Shown: positions 25,647 to 39,007 of the stretch, piece by piece
Numbering within the stretch: position 1 is the stretch's first letter
How the letters are laid out: the number at the start of each line of letters is the position of its first letter
Origin: the human T2T-CHM13v2.0 reference genome, Homo sapiens
Reading direction: 5' to 3' (one strand)
DNA: 64,000 nt
Assembly: GCF_009914755.1 (NCBI RefSeq)
Contig: NC_060932.1
Program-made: the position numbers and the translations under genes
The notes under the pieces: generated by a model
What the model saw: the letters and a program-made list of their open reading frames with translations, nothing else
Databases searched by the model: none
What the model was told of the DNA's origin: nothing

Positions 25647-27529
25647 ACACTCTGAAGACCAACAGGGTAGCTACTGAGCTATAGCCTTTGTATCCACACT
25701 CTGAAGACATAGAATCCCTAGGACTATGGCCTCCCTCTCCTCTGATCCCAGTCTTTAACATGAACCTCTTTTTAGCCTGTGTCCTGAAGAGTGGGAGTGC
25801 AGCAGTGGCATCAGGAACTCTGAGGGCTTGTTCCGGGAGTGACTGTACTGATGTACTTACTAAATTGATTTTCAGTTCCTCAACTTCCACCCATTGTCTG
25901 CTGGTCTCTCGCAGGTTCTCCCTGCTGTCCCTCCTCACACGCATTTCATAATAGCTCTTTTCCCATTTTACAAAACCAAGGCCACTCGGCATTCCCGAAT
26001 TTTCCTCTGGCACACTGTTCTAGGGTGTAAATGCCTCCAGAAAGCCAAACCTCCTATATTCATCAAAGCACCAGAAACTCACAGAGGGTGCCTCTCCTTA
26101 CTGATTTCACTCGTTTTTCTTTAAGAAATGTGTTAGACATGGAGTGTGTTGGCCCTTTTGGGGATGGCACAGACAATGGCAGTCTATGACCATTGTGTTT
26201 CACAACCCCGCCTCTTCCAAGGCCTGACTATTGTCAGAGATGCTCAGCTGTTGTGGGATAATATGGTAGGTGAAAAGCTAAGAGTTGAGAAGAAATAATG
26301 GATGCTAAAAATGACCTTGTTACACAAATTTAATCACAAGCAATTATGTTCAGCTATTCTCAATACTCATTCCTGGGAAGCAGCATTATCCGGAAAGAAA
26401 AGCACCTTGAAACAGCTGAAAGTGTACAGGTTAGGGACACAGATTCTATTCAATGTAATGGGAATGTTTCTGAGGACAAGTAAATGTTAAAATGTATGTG
26501 AACAAAGCTTTAGCTGATTTCTTTTAAATTCAGTGTTCGTTATTCAATAAGTTAACACCTATTTTATAAAATGGTATCATGAACTATTTATGTCAGTCCT
26601 CAGCTTATTTCTTCTTACAAAATGCTTAGTATTTTCCAGATCTGATTAATGAAGAATAAAATGATACTCTAGCTGTAACAACAATTTCTTTTTACCAGTG
26701 TGTACCTTTCTCTTTAACTAAATAGATGAGAAAATCTTGGTCATAATGTCACACAAAATTAATGGCATTATTTCTGAAATTTTATTCATAATTGTGATTT
26801 AATGATTTTCAAAAGCTGAGAGACAGATTCAATTCATACATGCACCCATATTTACCAAAGGACTAACGAGAGTTTTATACTTCTTGGTCCATAAATAACA
26901 CATATTTGCTGCAGATTACACTGCATTACTTCAAATTAAGTAGTGAGAAGCAGCATAAGTGTTTGTTGTTTTTATAAATTATATGAATAGACTATATTCG
27001 CTTTGTATCAGCATAATCTTGATTTGACTGCTTTTAGTATGCTACCTTAAAAAACACAAGTTCCACGATATATGGTTGAGTAATTTTTAACAATATTTCT
27101 GAAACGTCTATTAGTCCATTTACTTAAATTCAAAAATGAAGTCAGACATTTTATGACATAAAGTGACTCTGATTGGGCTGATAATTTGATAGTCGTGACT
27201 GATGTTACTAACTAGGTTATATGGCAGACATGGCCCCATTTGCAAGTGAGCTAAGTTTATATTTAAAGAATAGGATGAGATAAGAGAAGTTTTTGGTAAA
27301 ACATTACATTGTTAAAGACGTATTAAAATTAATATTTTCAGTTTTACCAATTCTATCTGGGCATTTTGTGCTAAAAAATGTGCATCTCCCTGGAAAACAA
27401 TTAATGGGCACAATAATAGTATCTTAGTAAGTTTTAGTAAAGTTGTTTTGGTATTTCTCCCAGGTACAGTGACAGTGAATGATTCTAATAGGTTTTTTTT
27501 TAAGTAAATAAACGAAAATGTACATACAC

Positions 27530-27924
27530 TGATATGGTTTGGGTCTGTGTCCCTGCCCAAATCTCCTGTTAAATTGTCATCCCCAGTGCTGGTTGGAGGT
27601 GATTGGGCCGTGTAGGTGGTTTTCTCATGGTTTAACACCATCCCCCTTGGTGATTTTGTGGTGACAGTAAGTTCTTCTGAGATCTGGTTGTTTAAAATGG
27701 CACCTCCCGGCTCTCTGTCTTCCTCCTGCTCTGGACATGTGAAGTGTTGGCTCCACCTTTGCCTTCTGTCGTGATTGAAAGCTTCCTGAGGCCTTCCCAG
27801 AAGAAGCAGCTGCTATGCTTCCATGCTTCCTGTATAGCCTGAAGAATTGCAAGCAAATTCAACCTCTTTTCTTTATAAATTACCCAGTCTCAGATACTTC
27901 TTTATAGCAGTGCAAAAATGAACT

Positions 27925-27930
<6 letters not shown>
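27530..27930 (+). mobile_element. MSTA-like MaLR solo LTR
   Basis: tgatatggtttgggtctgtgtccctgcccaaatctc...ttataaattacccagtctcag...gaactagtaca. Flanks TACAC and CACAC form a 5-bp TSD with one mismatch. Confidence 0.9.

Positions 27931-27955
<25 letters not shown>
27928..27955. repeat. (CA)n microsatellite grown from the LTR end and TSD
   Basis: About 14 AC units starting at the terminal ACA of the MSTA LTR. Confidence 0.9.
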
Positions 27956-29596
27956 TCGCACACCCCTCTTCAATTCACATGGTTTCCAATTCTTTGCTGT
28001 CAGCAGAAGCGAATAGGAGCCTAATCAAACTGTCCTGTGATAGATCACTAAAAATAATTTTTAATAGTTCAAGTGCTTTTCAGCTTATAGAAGGAATTTT
28101 AGAAACTGACATTGCTATAACAAAACTCCTTCCAATCCCATCTCTTTCAAAGGGATACATCTTCTGAGAGCTAATGCCTACTAAAATGTAAGAAATAGAG
28201 AGGTGTAGAACATGAATAAAAATCTTTTTGGGGCATAGGAGCAATAACATTTGAACGTGATTGGTCTGGAAGGTCCCTTTCAGCTCTGATAATCTGTGCC
28301 TGTCATTCACATCTGTGTTCCTTTCATACTTTTTGGGATCCCTTCTCTGCTCCCCAGGAACCCCAGCTGACCCCAGCTTCTCCCAGCCCCACTGCCATGG
28401 CTTACATAGTCCTGCCTGCCTCTGTATGAACCATGCTCCATACCCTTCCTGCCCTCCTCACCCTTCTTATCCAAACCACTCTCCTTTCAGCCCTGCCTCT
28501 TCACTTGTTTTCTAACCATATTAATGTTAATAAAATATTGATGGTTAACTTCTGCCTCTCTAAACGTTCTACCCTCCATCTACAAGGATTGAAAGGGAGC
28601 CTTAGATATCACTCCTAACCACCCCATCAAACAGGTTGGGCCACCTTTGATGCTCTTGAGTCCACCCAGGCTGATCTCATGTCCCTGTGTATGAGAGTCA
28701 CCGTGAGAAGCTCCAGACCTATGCAACTTCTGCCTTATGCCACTTCTGCCTTCTGTAGTCTGTCTTTTCTGTCCCCATCTCCCACCTTGCCCTCCCCAAC
28801 TCTTGAACACTGTGTCTGCTAGAACAAATGGTCCATCAGCAAAAACACCCCCTGTATTCTAAACCTATTGTCTGAATTCTCCCTTCATTTTCTTGCCCTA
28901 ACTAAAGTCTTGCTTTCCCCCAAGAACAGGGTTTTTCTGGATCTTTCTGGAGTGAGGGCTATTTATTTGCCTTTATCCCTTATACAACGGGATGTTGTGG
29001 AGGAAAGCTAGAGATCCTCCCTTCTCTTCATTGTTGCTTCTAATCTGTCCTCTCCTCTCTTCCCTTTAAACATGCGGATCTGAATCGTTTGTCTTCAGAG
29101 TATGCCGCCCACTCCTCTTCTAACTACAGTTAACTTCTAATCCCAGAGTTATGCCTCTTAGTTTTCAATGATTTTAGCTGCTGGTTTACTGTTCCTCTGA
29201 CTCTCGTTCTATCTTAATGCTGGGTGATTTCCATATATACGTACATAATCCCTTTAACTCTTGACCTTCTAGTTCCTTGAATTTCTTTTTTCTCTAATGA
29301 ATGCATTCTTTCTGTTCTACTCCACCACTTGATCTCACGGCTGGATTCTGCCCTATCCTTACTAACAGAGCCCACCTTCTGACCTCACCTTTTATTTTTC
29401 TAGCTCATTTCTTCTAGTGCTCTGACTTCAATAAACCCTTGATATTCAGCTTAAAATACATTATTCTACTCATTATACCCATCTCTTGTATTTGTCCCTG
29501 AACTTCTTTGTCCCATTTTAATACTCTCTCAAGAGAACTAAGATCCTAAGCAAACTCTCCACAATCTCTGCACCTACACTCATGCAGCCAACCTGA

Positions 29597-29953
<357 letters not shown>

Positions 29954-29974
29954 TGGGCTACCAACTTTAAGTTG

Positions 29975-30402
29975 TGTTAAAAGAAAAGCTTCAGCCAAAA
30001 TTAAATTTAAAAGACTTGAAGCAATGAACAATTTGCGAATTTGGCAGTGCCCCAAATCACAGCAGATTCAGAGAGACTCCAGTGCAGCCACATGGTGGAA
30101 GAAGATTTATAGACAAAAAAAGGGAAGTGACGTATAGAAATCAGAAGTGAGATATAGAAAAAACTGGATTAGTTACAGCTCAGCATTTGCCTTATTTGAA
30201 CAGTTTTGAATACTCAGCAGTGTAGGGGTGATTGAAGTATGGCTGCTGGGATTGGCCAAGGCTCAGCTATTGTTACAGATGCATACTCCCAAGTTAGGTT
30301 TTCAATCTTGTCTACCTATTAAGTTAGGTTGCATTTCATCCACAAGGACTCAAATATAGAAGTACAGAGTCCTTCTTGGGCCATATGTAATTCACTTTAA
30401 CA
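29975..30402 (-). mobile_element. ERV1 solo LTR, MER57-like, 4-bp TSD GTTG
   Basis: tgttaaaagaaaagcttcagccaaaattaaattt...ggccatatgtaattcactttaaca. GTTG at 29971-29974 and 30403-30406. Confidence 0.8.
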
Positions 30403-30814
30403 GTTGAGTCACAGTGTTCCCTGGCATTCATACTACATTCCATCTATTTGCCTCTATCTTAAAACCTTCACCATATGTTCCTTCACCATCATTCTCAGCT
30501 GACAGCATTGCTTCAATTTTATCAGTGAAGTAGGAAGCAATCAGAGGAGAACGTCCACATGTTTCTACCACCACATTTACCCATCTACTAGCATCTACAC
30601 CCATAAGCTTCCCAAGTGTCAATGGAGGTGAACTCTACATGTACCCCTCTAAGGCCACAGCACCACACATTTCACCCACCCCCAACTACTGAAGGTTATT
30701 GCTCCAACATTTCTCTCTCTACCCCCTATACCATCCATATTTCCATTTCTAGTAAATCATTATCGTCATCATGCCCAATATGCTTATTTCTCCCATCTTA
30801 AAAAAGTCCCTTAA

Positions 30815-31385
30815 ACCTGCCAACATGTCCTTCAGTCAGTGAATGAATAAATTGTGGTACATCCAAATAATGGAATATTATTCAATGCTAAAATGAAATT
30901 ACTTATTTAACTGTGAAAATACATGAAGAATCCTTAAATGCAAATTACTAAGTGAAAAGCCAATCTGAGAAGGTTATATGCTGTATGATTCTAACTTTGA
31001 CATTCTATAATAGGCAAAACTATGGAAACAGTAAGAAGATCAGTTTCAAGGAGGTGAGATGAATCATTGCGGCAGAGAGGATTTTTAGGGGCATGAAACT
31101 ACTCTTTATGATACCATAATGGTGGGTACATGCCATTAGACTTTTGTGCAAACCCATGGAATGTACACCAAGAGTGATCCCTAATGAATACTATTGACTT
31201 TGGGTGATAATGACATGTCAGTTTAAGTTCATTGACTGTAACAAATGCAGCACTCTGGTGGGGGAATTGATCATGTGGGAAGCTGTGCATGAATGGGAGA
31301 AAGGGGTATATGGGATATCTCTCTACCTTCTGTTCAATTTTGCAGGCAACTCAAAACTGCTCTAAAAAATAAATTCTTTAAAAAT
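30815..31385 (+). mobile_element. L1MC-type LINE-1 3' fragment
   Basis: gtggtacatccaaataatggaatattattc...aaacccatggaatgtacaccaagagtga...aaaactgctctaaaaaataaa. Confidence 0.8.
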
Positions 31386-31972
31386 ATGTCTTTTGATCTC
31401 ACTGCACCTCGCATTTTTCTGCTCCACCTTAGATTATTACTCGTCAAAATAACTGCCTCTACCCACTAACTCCACCCACTACCTCCAATTCCTGTCCTCT
31501 TATTTTCTCTTAATCCCATAATCCCATGTCAAACAAGATTTTGCCTTCAACCCCTCCACTAAAACCACCCACATTTAAGGTCACAAAGACTTCAGTGCTG
31601 CTAAATCCATATCAGTTCTTAAAACTCATATTTGACCTCTCAGTAAACATTTCACGATTGTTCATTCCTTACTCCTGAAAACACATTCATCCCATAGCTT
31701 CTTAAACACCACACACTCGGTTTTACTCCTACTTTTCTGGTCATATTTTAATCTTTTTTTTCTGTTTTCTCCTTTTCTATCTTGTCTTCTATTATTGGAG
31801 TGCCTCAGGGCTCAATTCTTGGACCTTGTTCTTTTCCGTTACATTTATTGCCTGGGTGATGTCATCCTATCCTATGGCTTTAAATCCCACCAATGTGTTC
31901 ATAACTTACGTCTCCGGTACAGATATTGCCACTTAATTCCTGACTCCATCCAGCTGCTTATTCAATAGTGAT

Positions 31973-32432
31973 TGTAAGAGTTAAAGAGGAAAGAAACATG
32001 AAACATGGCTAAACAGTCAAAGACAGGCTTTCTTTAGATAAAACCTGAGAGGGGCTTCTGGCTGATTTTAGTCAGGAGTGCTTTCTCTTAGAGACTAAGA
32101 GTATATGTTGCTTTCAGGGTGAGGGGCTTACTACAAGCTTGGAATGTTTCTGTGTGAGGGAGAAGTTTTATGGTGGGGTTAGAATGTCTCAGGGAGGAGG
32201 GGGGGTTGTTTTGGGGCCGACATCTTTCAGGCTGGAGGGGGATGTCTTGAGGCTAGCATGTCTCTGGTCAGGGAGGAGTTTGGAATGTTTCTGGTTGGAG
32301 ATGTTATTTGTCGTTTATGGTCATAATGACCTTAGCCATTAGACCGATGCCCTTTGGATTTAGGTGGTTTTTTAATAAGGCAAACTTTAGGATGAGGGGC
32401 TTGTCCAAGATGGCGATGCTCCTGCTCTGTCA
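31973..32432 (-). mobile_element. ERV1 solo LTR, MER61-like
   Basis: Reverse complement begins TGACAGAGCAGGAGCATCGCCATCTTGGACAAGC and ends CTTTAACTCTTACA. Flanks GTGAT and ATGAT form a 5-bp TSD with one mismatch. Confidence 0.75.
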
Positions 32433-33199
32433 ATGATGTCTTATAGAAATAGCAAACTTAACACGTCCAAATGATGTTTCCCCACACCCTCTTTGCCATG
32501 CTTTTCTCTATCAGAGCTCATGGCAACTCCATCCGTCCATCAAAATAGGCTAAAATACCTAGGTGCCATCCCTGATTCTGCATCCTACCTTTCATGAAAT
32601 CATGTTAGTTCTTCCTTTAACATATATCCAGCATCTGGCCCCTTCTCACCAACTCTTCTGCTGCCACTCTCATCTTGCCTGGATTTTTGTAATAGATTCC
32701 TAGTGGCTTCTTTGTTCTAATTCATACCTATCCTTTTATAGTCTATTCTTAAATATGATAACCAGAGTGAGCCATTCTCATGGTCCAAGGCTTAAAACCC
32801 TGCCATGGCTCTCCAGGTCACTTTATCTGGAGCCTAAGTACTTAGTAATACTATACCCTGCACGGGGCAACAATCTGACTCATTACCTCTCTGACATTAC
32901 CTCCTGTGACTCTCCTCTCAGTCTGCTGTAGCCCATTCCTCCAATAGCTCAGGCCATTTGTATTGGCTGCTTCCTCTGCCTGGAGCATTCTTCCCCTAGG
33001 TAACAGCAAGGCTCATTTCCTCTCCACATTCACATTTTTGTTCAAAACACACACTGTATTTAAGGTCTACTCTGAATATCCAGTTTTAAATTGCACTCCT
33101 CTTACCATGCTGAATTTTTTCAGGGCAATTTTTTTCAACTTTTTTGTGTTTATTTTATGTATTGTCTTTTCTGTTCCCTAAATATGTGGTTTATTAAAG

Positions 33200-33443
33200 G
33201 ATATATATATATATATATATACTTATATATTTATATTTATTAGAGAATTATATATATACACACATATATAGTCTGTCTTGATTGTTGTATAATAAATATA
33301 AATATAAATATATAAGTATATAAATATATAATGTATATAAGTATATAAATATATGAATACATTATATATATAAATATATAAATACGTGTGTGTGTGTGTA
33401 TATATAAATATCTATATACACACACACACATATATAGTCTGTC
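33200..33443. repeat. TA/CA/TG low-complexity expansion
   Basis: Direct reading of (TA)n, (TG)n and (CA)n runs. Confidence 0.9.
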
Positions 33444-33504
33444 GTCATTGTCATAACCTTAATGCCTGGATATTGTCTAAAAATATTAAGTGCTCAGTGA
33501 ATAC

Positions 33505-34160
33505 AATTGATCATCATTATCCATGAATTCTGTATTTGCAAATTCACCTACTTGATAGAACTTATTTATAAGCCCCAAATTCACATATTCTACTTTTGTG
33601 GACATTCAGAGACAGACACAGTGGTGAAAAAGTTGAGTCAGCTGGCACAGACGTTCCCAGCTCAGGGTTCAAGGTGATGCTCTGCTATCTTGCTTCAGCT
33701 CTTATACTATGAAAGAGGGTCTTCTCATGGTCTATTTGGTGTCATGTTTTTCATGTTTTTGCGGTTTTCATTGGTAATTTTGCTGTTTGAACTGCTCTCC
33801 AAGTAGATTGCTAAAGTGCTGTCTAGTGTTTGTAACTGCAAGAAGGCTGTAATGTGCTTTATGGAAAAAAATATGTGTTAGATAAGTTTTGTTCATGCAT
33901 TAGTTACAGTGCTGTTGGCATGAGTTCAATGTTTATATATATATATTTATATATAAATATAAATATAGAAAGGTGTCTTTAAACAGAAATACACATAGAA
34001 CAAGGTTATGTGTTGATGGGTTGACAACAAGGCTATGATCACAGGCTTGCAGGAACCTTACCTTGTATTTCCCCTAGGAACAATGGCTCAGTATTTGCTA
34101 ACTCAGTGTTTGCAGATACTTTATAAAGCAAACCTATCACAAAAACTAAGAATAAACTTG
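33505..34160 (+). mobile_element. MER82 (TcMar-Tigger) DNA transposon
   Basis: tctgtatttgcaaattcacctact...gttcccagct...gcaagaaggctgtaatgtgc...aggtgtctttaaacagaaa...gcaggaacctt...tttcccctagg. Confidence 0.8.
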
Positions 34161-36759
34161 ATTTCTTTAATTGAGTGAAATATATTTGCATTTTAAAAGG
34201 GGTCTCTTGTTAAATAAAACTAATCTCTCTTGCAGTTTCAGGCAATTGAGGATGGTAATCAGACCAGTCTCATGTATTTAACAATTGATCAGGCATCCAT
34301 TGTCTTGCTACTTCTAAAGACTCTACTGAATGGACCAGAGAAAGATATTGGTCCTCATTTTACAGATGGAGAGTGAAGCTCCAGAGGACATTTGAGGCTC
34401 TCCTGAACTGAAGCTCACCATACGTGAAGAAGCTCTTTCTCTACAGATGGCTGACCTTGCTAGTCTAGCTCTTTACATCAGGCCTTCATGAGTCCCAGGC
34501 TTGCTAAAGGGTGACCTCTATGGTTTTAGTCTGAAACTCTTATCAGGACAGACCGAGCTCCTCAGCCTCCATGCATTACCTCATCCCACCTCTATCTTAA
34601 TTCTTTCTTCTTTCTTTTTTGGACCACAGTTCTTTGTCCAGTTCTGGCCTCCTTATTTCACTCTCTGGTTCTTCAGCTTCTGATGTCTTCTTTCTTTCTT
34701 CTCATTCTGTTTTGTTTTTGTTTTTATTCTCTAATTAGATAACTGCTTTCTTCTGAGTCATAGATAAACCACAGATTCAGAAACAATCAGATATTGACCA
34801 TAGCCACAGTGTTTTATAGATTTAAATCCAGCAATACCATGGACTATAACACAGTTATCCATCACAAAGTCACAGCACCATGTATTCTCTTGCACAAAAT
34901 AGGCACCAAAATACTTATTAAATTGAATGGTCAGGTGAACCATTAAACATGAGTGTCTAGTGAATATCTGGAATGAAGAGATGAGGTTGTGTTTACTGAG
35001 GGGATAAATCATTTGGGTCCCTCTCTTCCCAGATCCCCAAAACAAGTCCTATAAATGTCCTCAGTGCCTCACTATCTGGCTGTACAAATTGGGAGATGCC
35101 CAAGACCATGATTTAGAACACTCCCAAAGGGTGCCTCCTATTTCTCTAACTTCTAGGCTTTCCCCACCATAGTCAGCTCCTTCCAACATGGTTCTGGATT
35201 CAAATGGGATTGCCAAGTGGAAGTATCTGGAGATCTGTCAACACTTGTTGATCAGCCCTGATATGAACATTTCTAAAGAATACACTATAAACTGTTTACT
35301 TTTCTGGCTGTAATTGCTTAAACAAACTTACAAACTTGATAACATTTAACAATAAGAACTCTGTTTACTGGAAATTCACACCTGTACCCTTTATTCTACC
35401 ACTTCTTGGAAAGGAATGGAATAGGATTTTTTTTTTAATTGAAGCTGTTAGAATAGATGGTACACTTGGGAATTTTGTAAGCACACACAGTGTGGACAGC
35501 ACTGTGTGTGTGTGAGGACACCAGCTCACACATTCCGGAGCCATCCTCTGTACTTTTTGTGTTCATCGATCAATAACAGAACTTTATGGGATGAGTCCTA
35601 ATATTTTCTACCTTTTTGAAATTTATTGCAATGTGAATTCCCTGACAGGGGACTTTCTGTTATGTTCCCAGAGAAAATATGAAAGTGCCTGTTACCTGAG
35701 CACATTTAGAGTGGCTCCAGCCACGAGAATAGATCTCAGATTAAGAAGAGCCCCTGTGTTCAAGGCCATGTCCCTAGAAGACCACAAAGGTTTAGGGACA
35801 AGAGAATGGGGTTGAGGTCTCACTCTGTCTGTTTCTCCAACCCTATCTCCTTATATGCCCACAGCCACATCTATCTCCACATCCACTGTGTGTCTGCAGG
35901 GGCACATTCACAATATTTAGTGACCGTGGTATTAAATAGCCTGGGCAATCACCCATCAAAATGTCCAGAGGCTGTGGCACTCCAAAAGAGCCCTGAGGTC
36001 CCCTCCTATGCTGGGCACTACCATTGTGATTATTGGATCTTGGGGAACTTGGAAGGTCCCAGAGGACAGTGGCTGTTTATCAACTGGTTTAGAGGCATTT
36101 CAACATTTTAACAAGTACAACCACATCAGATCATACAGATCACAGAAGTGCTTAGCTGTATTTGTGCAATATATTGGCCTCAGCCTTCAAAATTGACTCA
36201 GATAGTTATTATCTTCAGCAGAAAGGTATGCTGGAGGCTTTCCAGAATCATTCATCCTGTGTAAGAAATGGAGAGAGCTGAGTCTTAATCTCAGTTTGGC
36301 TACTAACTTGCCTATGACCTTATTAAGCCAGGCACTTAACCTCTGTGAGCCACAGTTCATTCATATGCAAACAAAACAAAACAAAATAACCAACTGGCCT
36401 GTTTCTTTACAGATTTATCCACATCTACATTCTGGAAAGGAAGAATAATGAGAGGAAGGATGATGAGAGAAGAGACAGAAGAATGGTAAGAGCTAAGATT
36501 TGGATCACAGCCAATGATAACAGTCTCTTTCATCTGTACAGGATTTTACAGTTTCTTGAGCATTTTCATTATACCAAAACAAACTGTTTCCAGACTGTTA
36601 GTGTGTGTGTGTATTCTCCACAATAGAAAGTTCAGAGCTCGTAGCATAGCCTAAGAGAAGAGACTGACACACATGAAATAAGAGTAGAAAAAGATTGATG
36701 AGTGCTGGAGTGGTCAGGGAAGTTTGCATTGAGGAGGTGGGATGGGTGCTGGACCTCAT

Positions 36760-37750
36760 CAAATCAAACTGTGATGGCATTTTATAGTTTAGGATTTCTG
36801 TCTGTGTATAATATTCCTGGGTCATGATTTTTTCGCCTCAGAACTTGGAAGTATTGCCCCTTTCTTTTCTGACACTGGATGTTGCTCTGGAGAGAACTGA
36901 AGACACCTTTGGTTTCTCTTCTTCCTTTTTCTGCAAGTATAACTAAATAATTCCTTTCTTAATCCTTGAAGTTCAAGAATGTAACCAGGATATCTCTTGG
37001 GTTTAGCCATTCTGTATAAGTGTTTTCTGTGAATGGATGTGCTTTTATAATTTACCCCTTTTATTCAGTTCTTTTTTCATTTAAGGAAATTTAGCTTTAA
37101 AATATCTTTGAATAATTCTTGTCTGTATTTTTTGAGTTCTCTATTTCAGGAACACTTTTTATCCATATGTTGTATCATTTCTGTCTTCCCTTGATATCTG
37201 TTACTTTATCCGCAATCATCCTATCTTCCCCTTTCCTTCCCTTTGCATTCACTGAGGAATTTCATTTTGAGGATTTAATTAAAATTTCAGTCACGTCTAT
37301 TCTGTTCTTGGCTGCTCTAATTATTCGTTCTGTAATGATATTGTTGTGGTCCTCAATCAGTTCCCTTAGTTCTGCAATGTCTCTTTTCTTCTCATTCTGT
37401 TCTCTTGGCATGCTGTCTTAAAGCCCTTTATAAAACAGATAATTCATGTTATTAATATTATCAAGTTATTCCATAGCCTGAACCACCTGCTAGAACTTTT
37501 CTTCTGTTCCTTGGGTTATGTTTTCTGCCGAGTTGTTTCTCTGTCTCCTGTAGCCCATGCTTTCCTTCGGGATTTTCCTGTGATAGGTTCCACAACCACC
37601 ATGACATGCCCACCTCATCCTCTTGCTCATGTAAGGATGGGGAACTCTGACTGCTGTGGTACATTGGGACAAATGCTTCTAAACATGTTTCCTATCTTAT
37701 TGAGACAGTTTTGGTTTCCCCTTTAGCCAAAGTCTAGTGGTATTATGTTC
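36760..37750 (-). mobile_element. Ancient L1M (ORF1/inter-ORF region) fragment
   Basis: ttttttcgcctcagaacttggaagtattgc...gatgttgctctggagagaactgaag...ccttgaagttcaagaatgtaaccaggatatctcttggg. Confidence 0.6.
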
Positions 37751-38735
37751 TTACCGCTTTTCGGTTTCCCAGTGCTTCAGAGCCAGTTGAAAAGTTGAGG
37801 TGGATCTGTGAGAAAGTTTGTTAGATAATCTGGGCCCTAGTCTTCTGAGATTTTCAAAAAATAAACCATTTGAGACCACCAAATCTGATCAAGGGTACAT
37901 CTTACTTATGTCAGGAAATACCCTGTGCTTTGGAATATTTCCCTAATTTAGACTATAATCAAAAAAAAAAAAAAAAAGGTAAATCCAAGTAGTTTTTCTG
38001 CCTCTACTAAAATGGAATGTCAGTTAGGATTAACTTGCCCTTGTTTTCTTATGTACACCCTGCAGCTAATAATATCACAGGGATTTTTGAGGCTTAAATA
38101 GAATATTGCATGTGCTGGGTTATTGTCATGACCTAGTAGATACTCAAAATATGTTAGGAGTGATGATTTTACTGCATTAGTAAATGGATATTCTCTTTCA
38201 GAGAATGTGTCTTTATCTTTGCCCAGGGCTACATACTCACACTTTAATTCTATGTCTTTTCAAATGGGGTTGTATTCTTGAGATTTTTATTAACAACATT
38301 GTTTGCCTCATGTGACCTGTTGGGTGCATGAAGGATGAAGCATGGAGTTAGGACTTCTGATGGGCGATGCCCAACCCAAATATTCTCTTGATTTTCTTGG
38401 CAACCACTACTCAAAATTTAAGACATAAGATTATGTCTTATTTATTTTTGGTTACTGATGATGAAAATGTTGTTACCGATGTTAGTTTCAATAGGTAATA
38501 GGGTGGGATATTGTTTATCTTCCTCCATTCATCATGTCTATCTATAAGCTAAAACAGGGTTCTGGAGGTAGATGGGAGAGAGGCAGGCATTGCAGGCAGA
38601 GGCCTGAAAGAGGGAAGGAGCAGAGGTAGGGATGGGCAAGAGGAGACAGTGCAGGCAGGGGCTGGTTTGCAATGAAGGGAGTCATGGGTGATGAGCCACA
38701 GTGGAAGGAAGCTAGACTTTTGTGGCTAGTCATAG

Positions 38736-39007
<272 letters not shown>

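Noticed and set aside
25645-26013. 122-aa minus-strand ORF in unique DNA
   Set aside because: No recognisable domain or supported splice structure. Length is compatible with chance.
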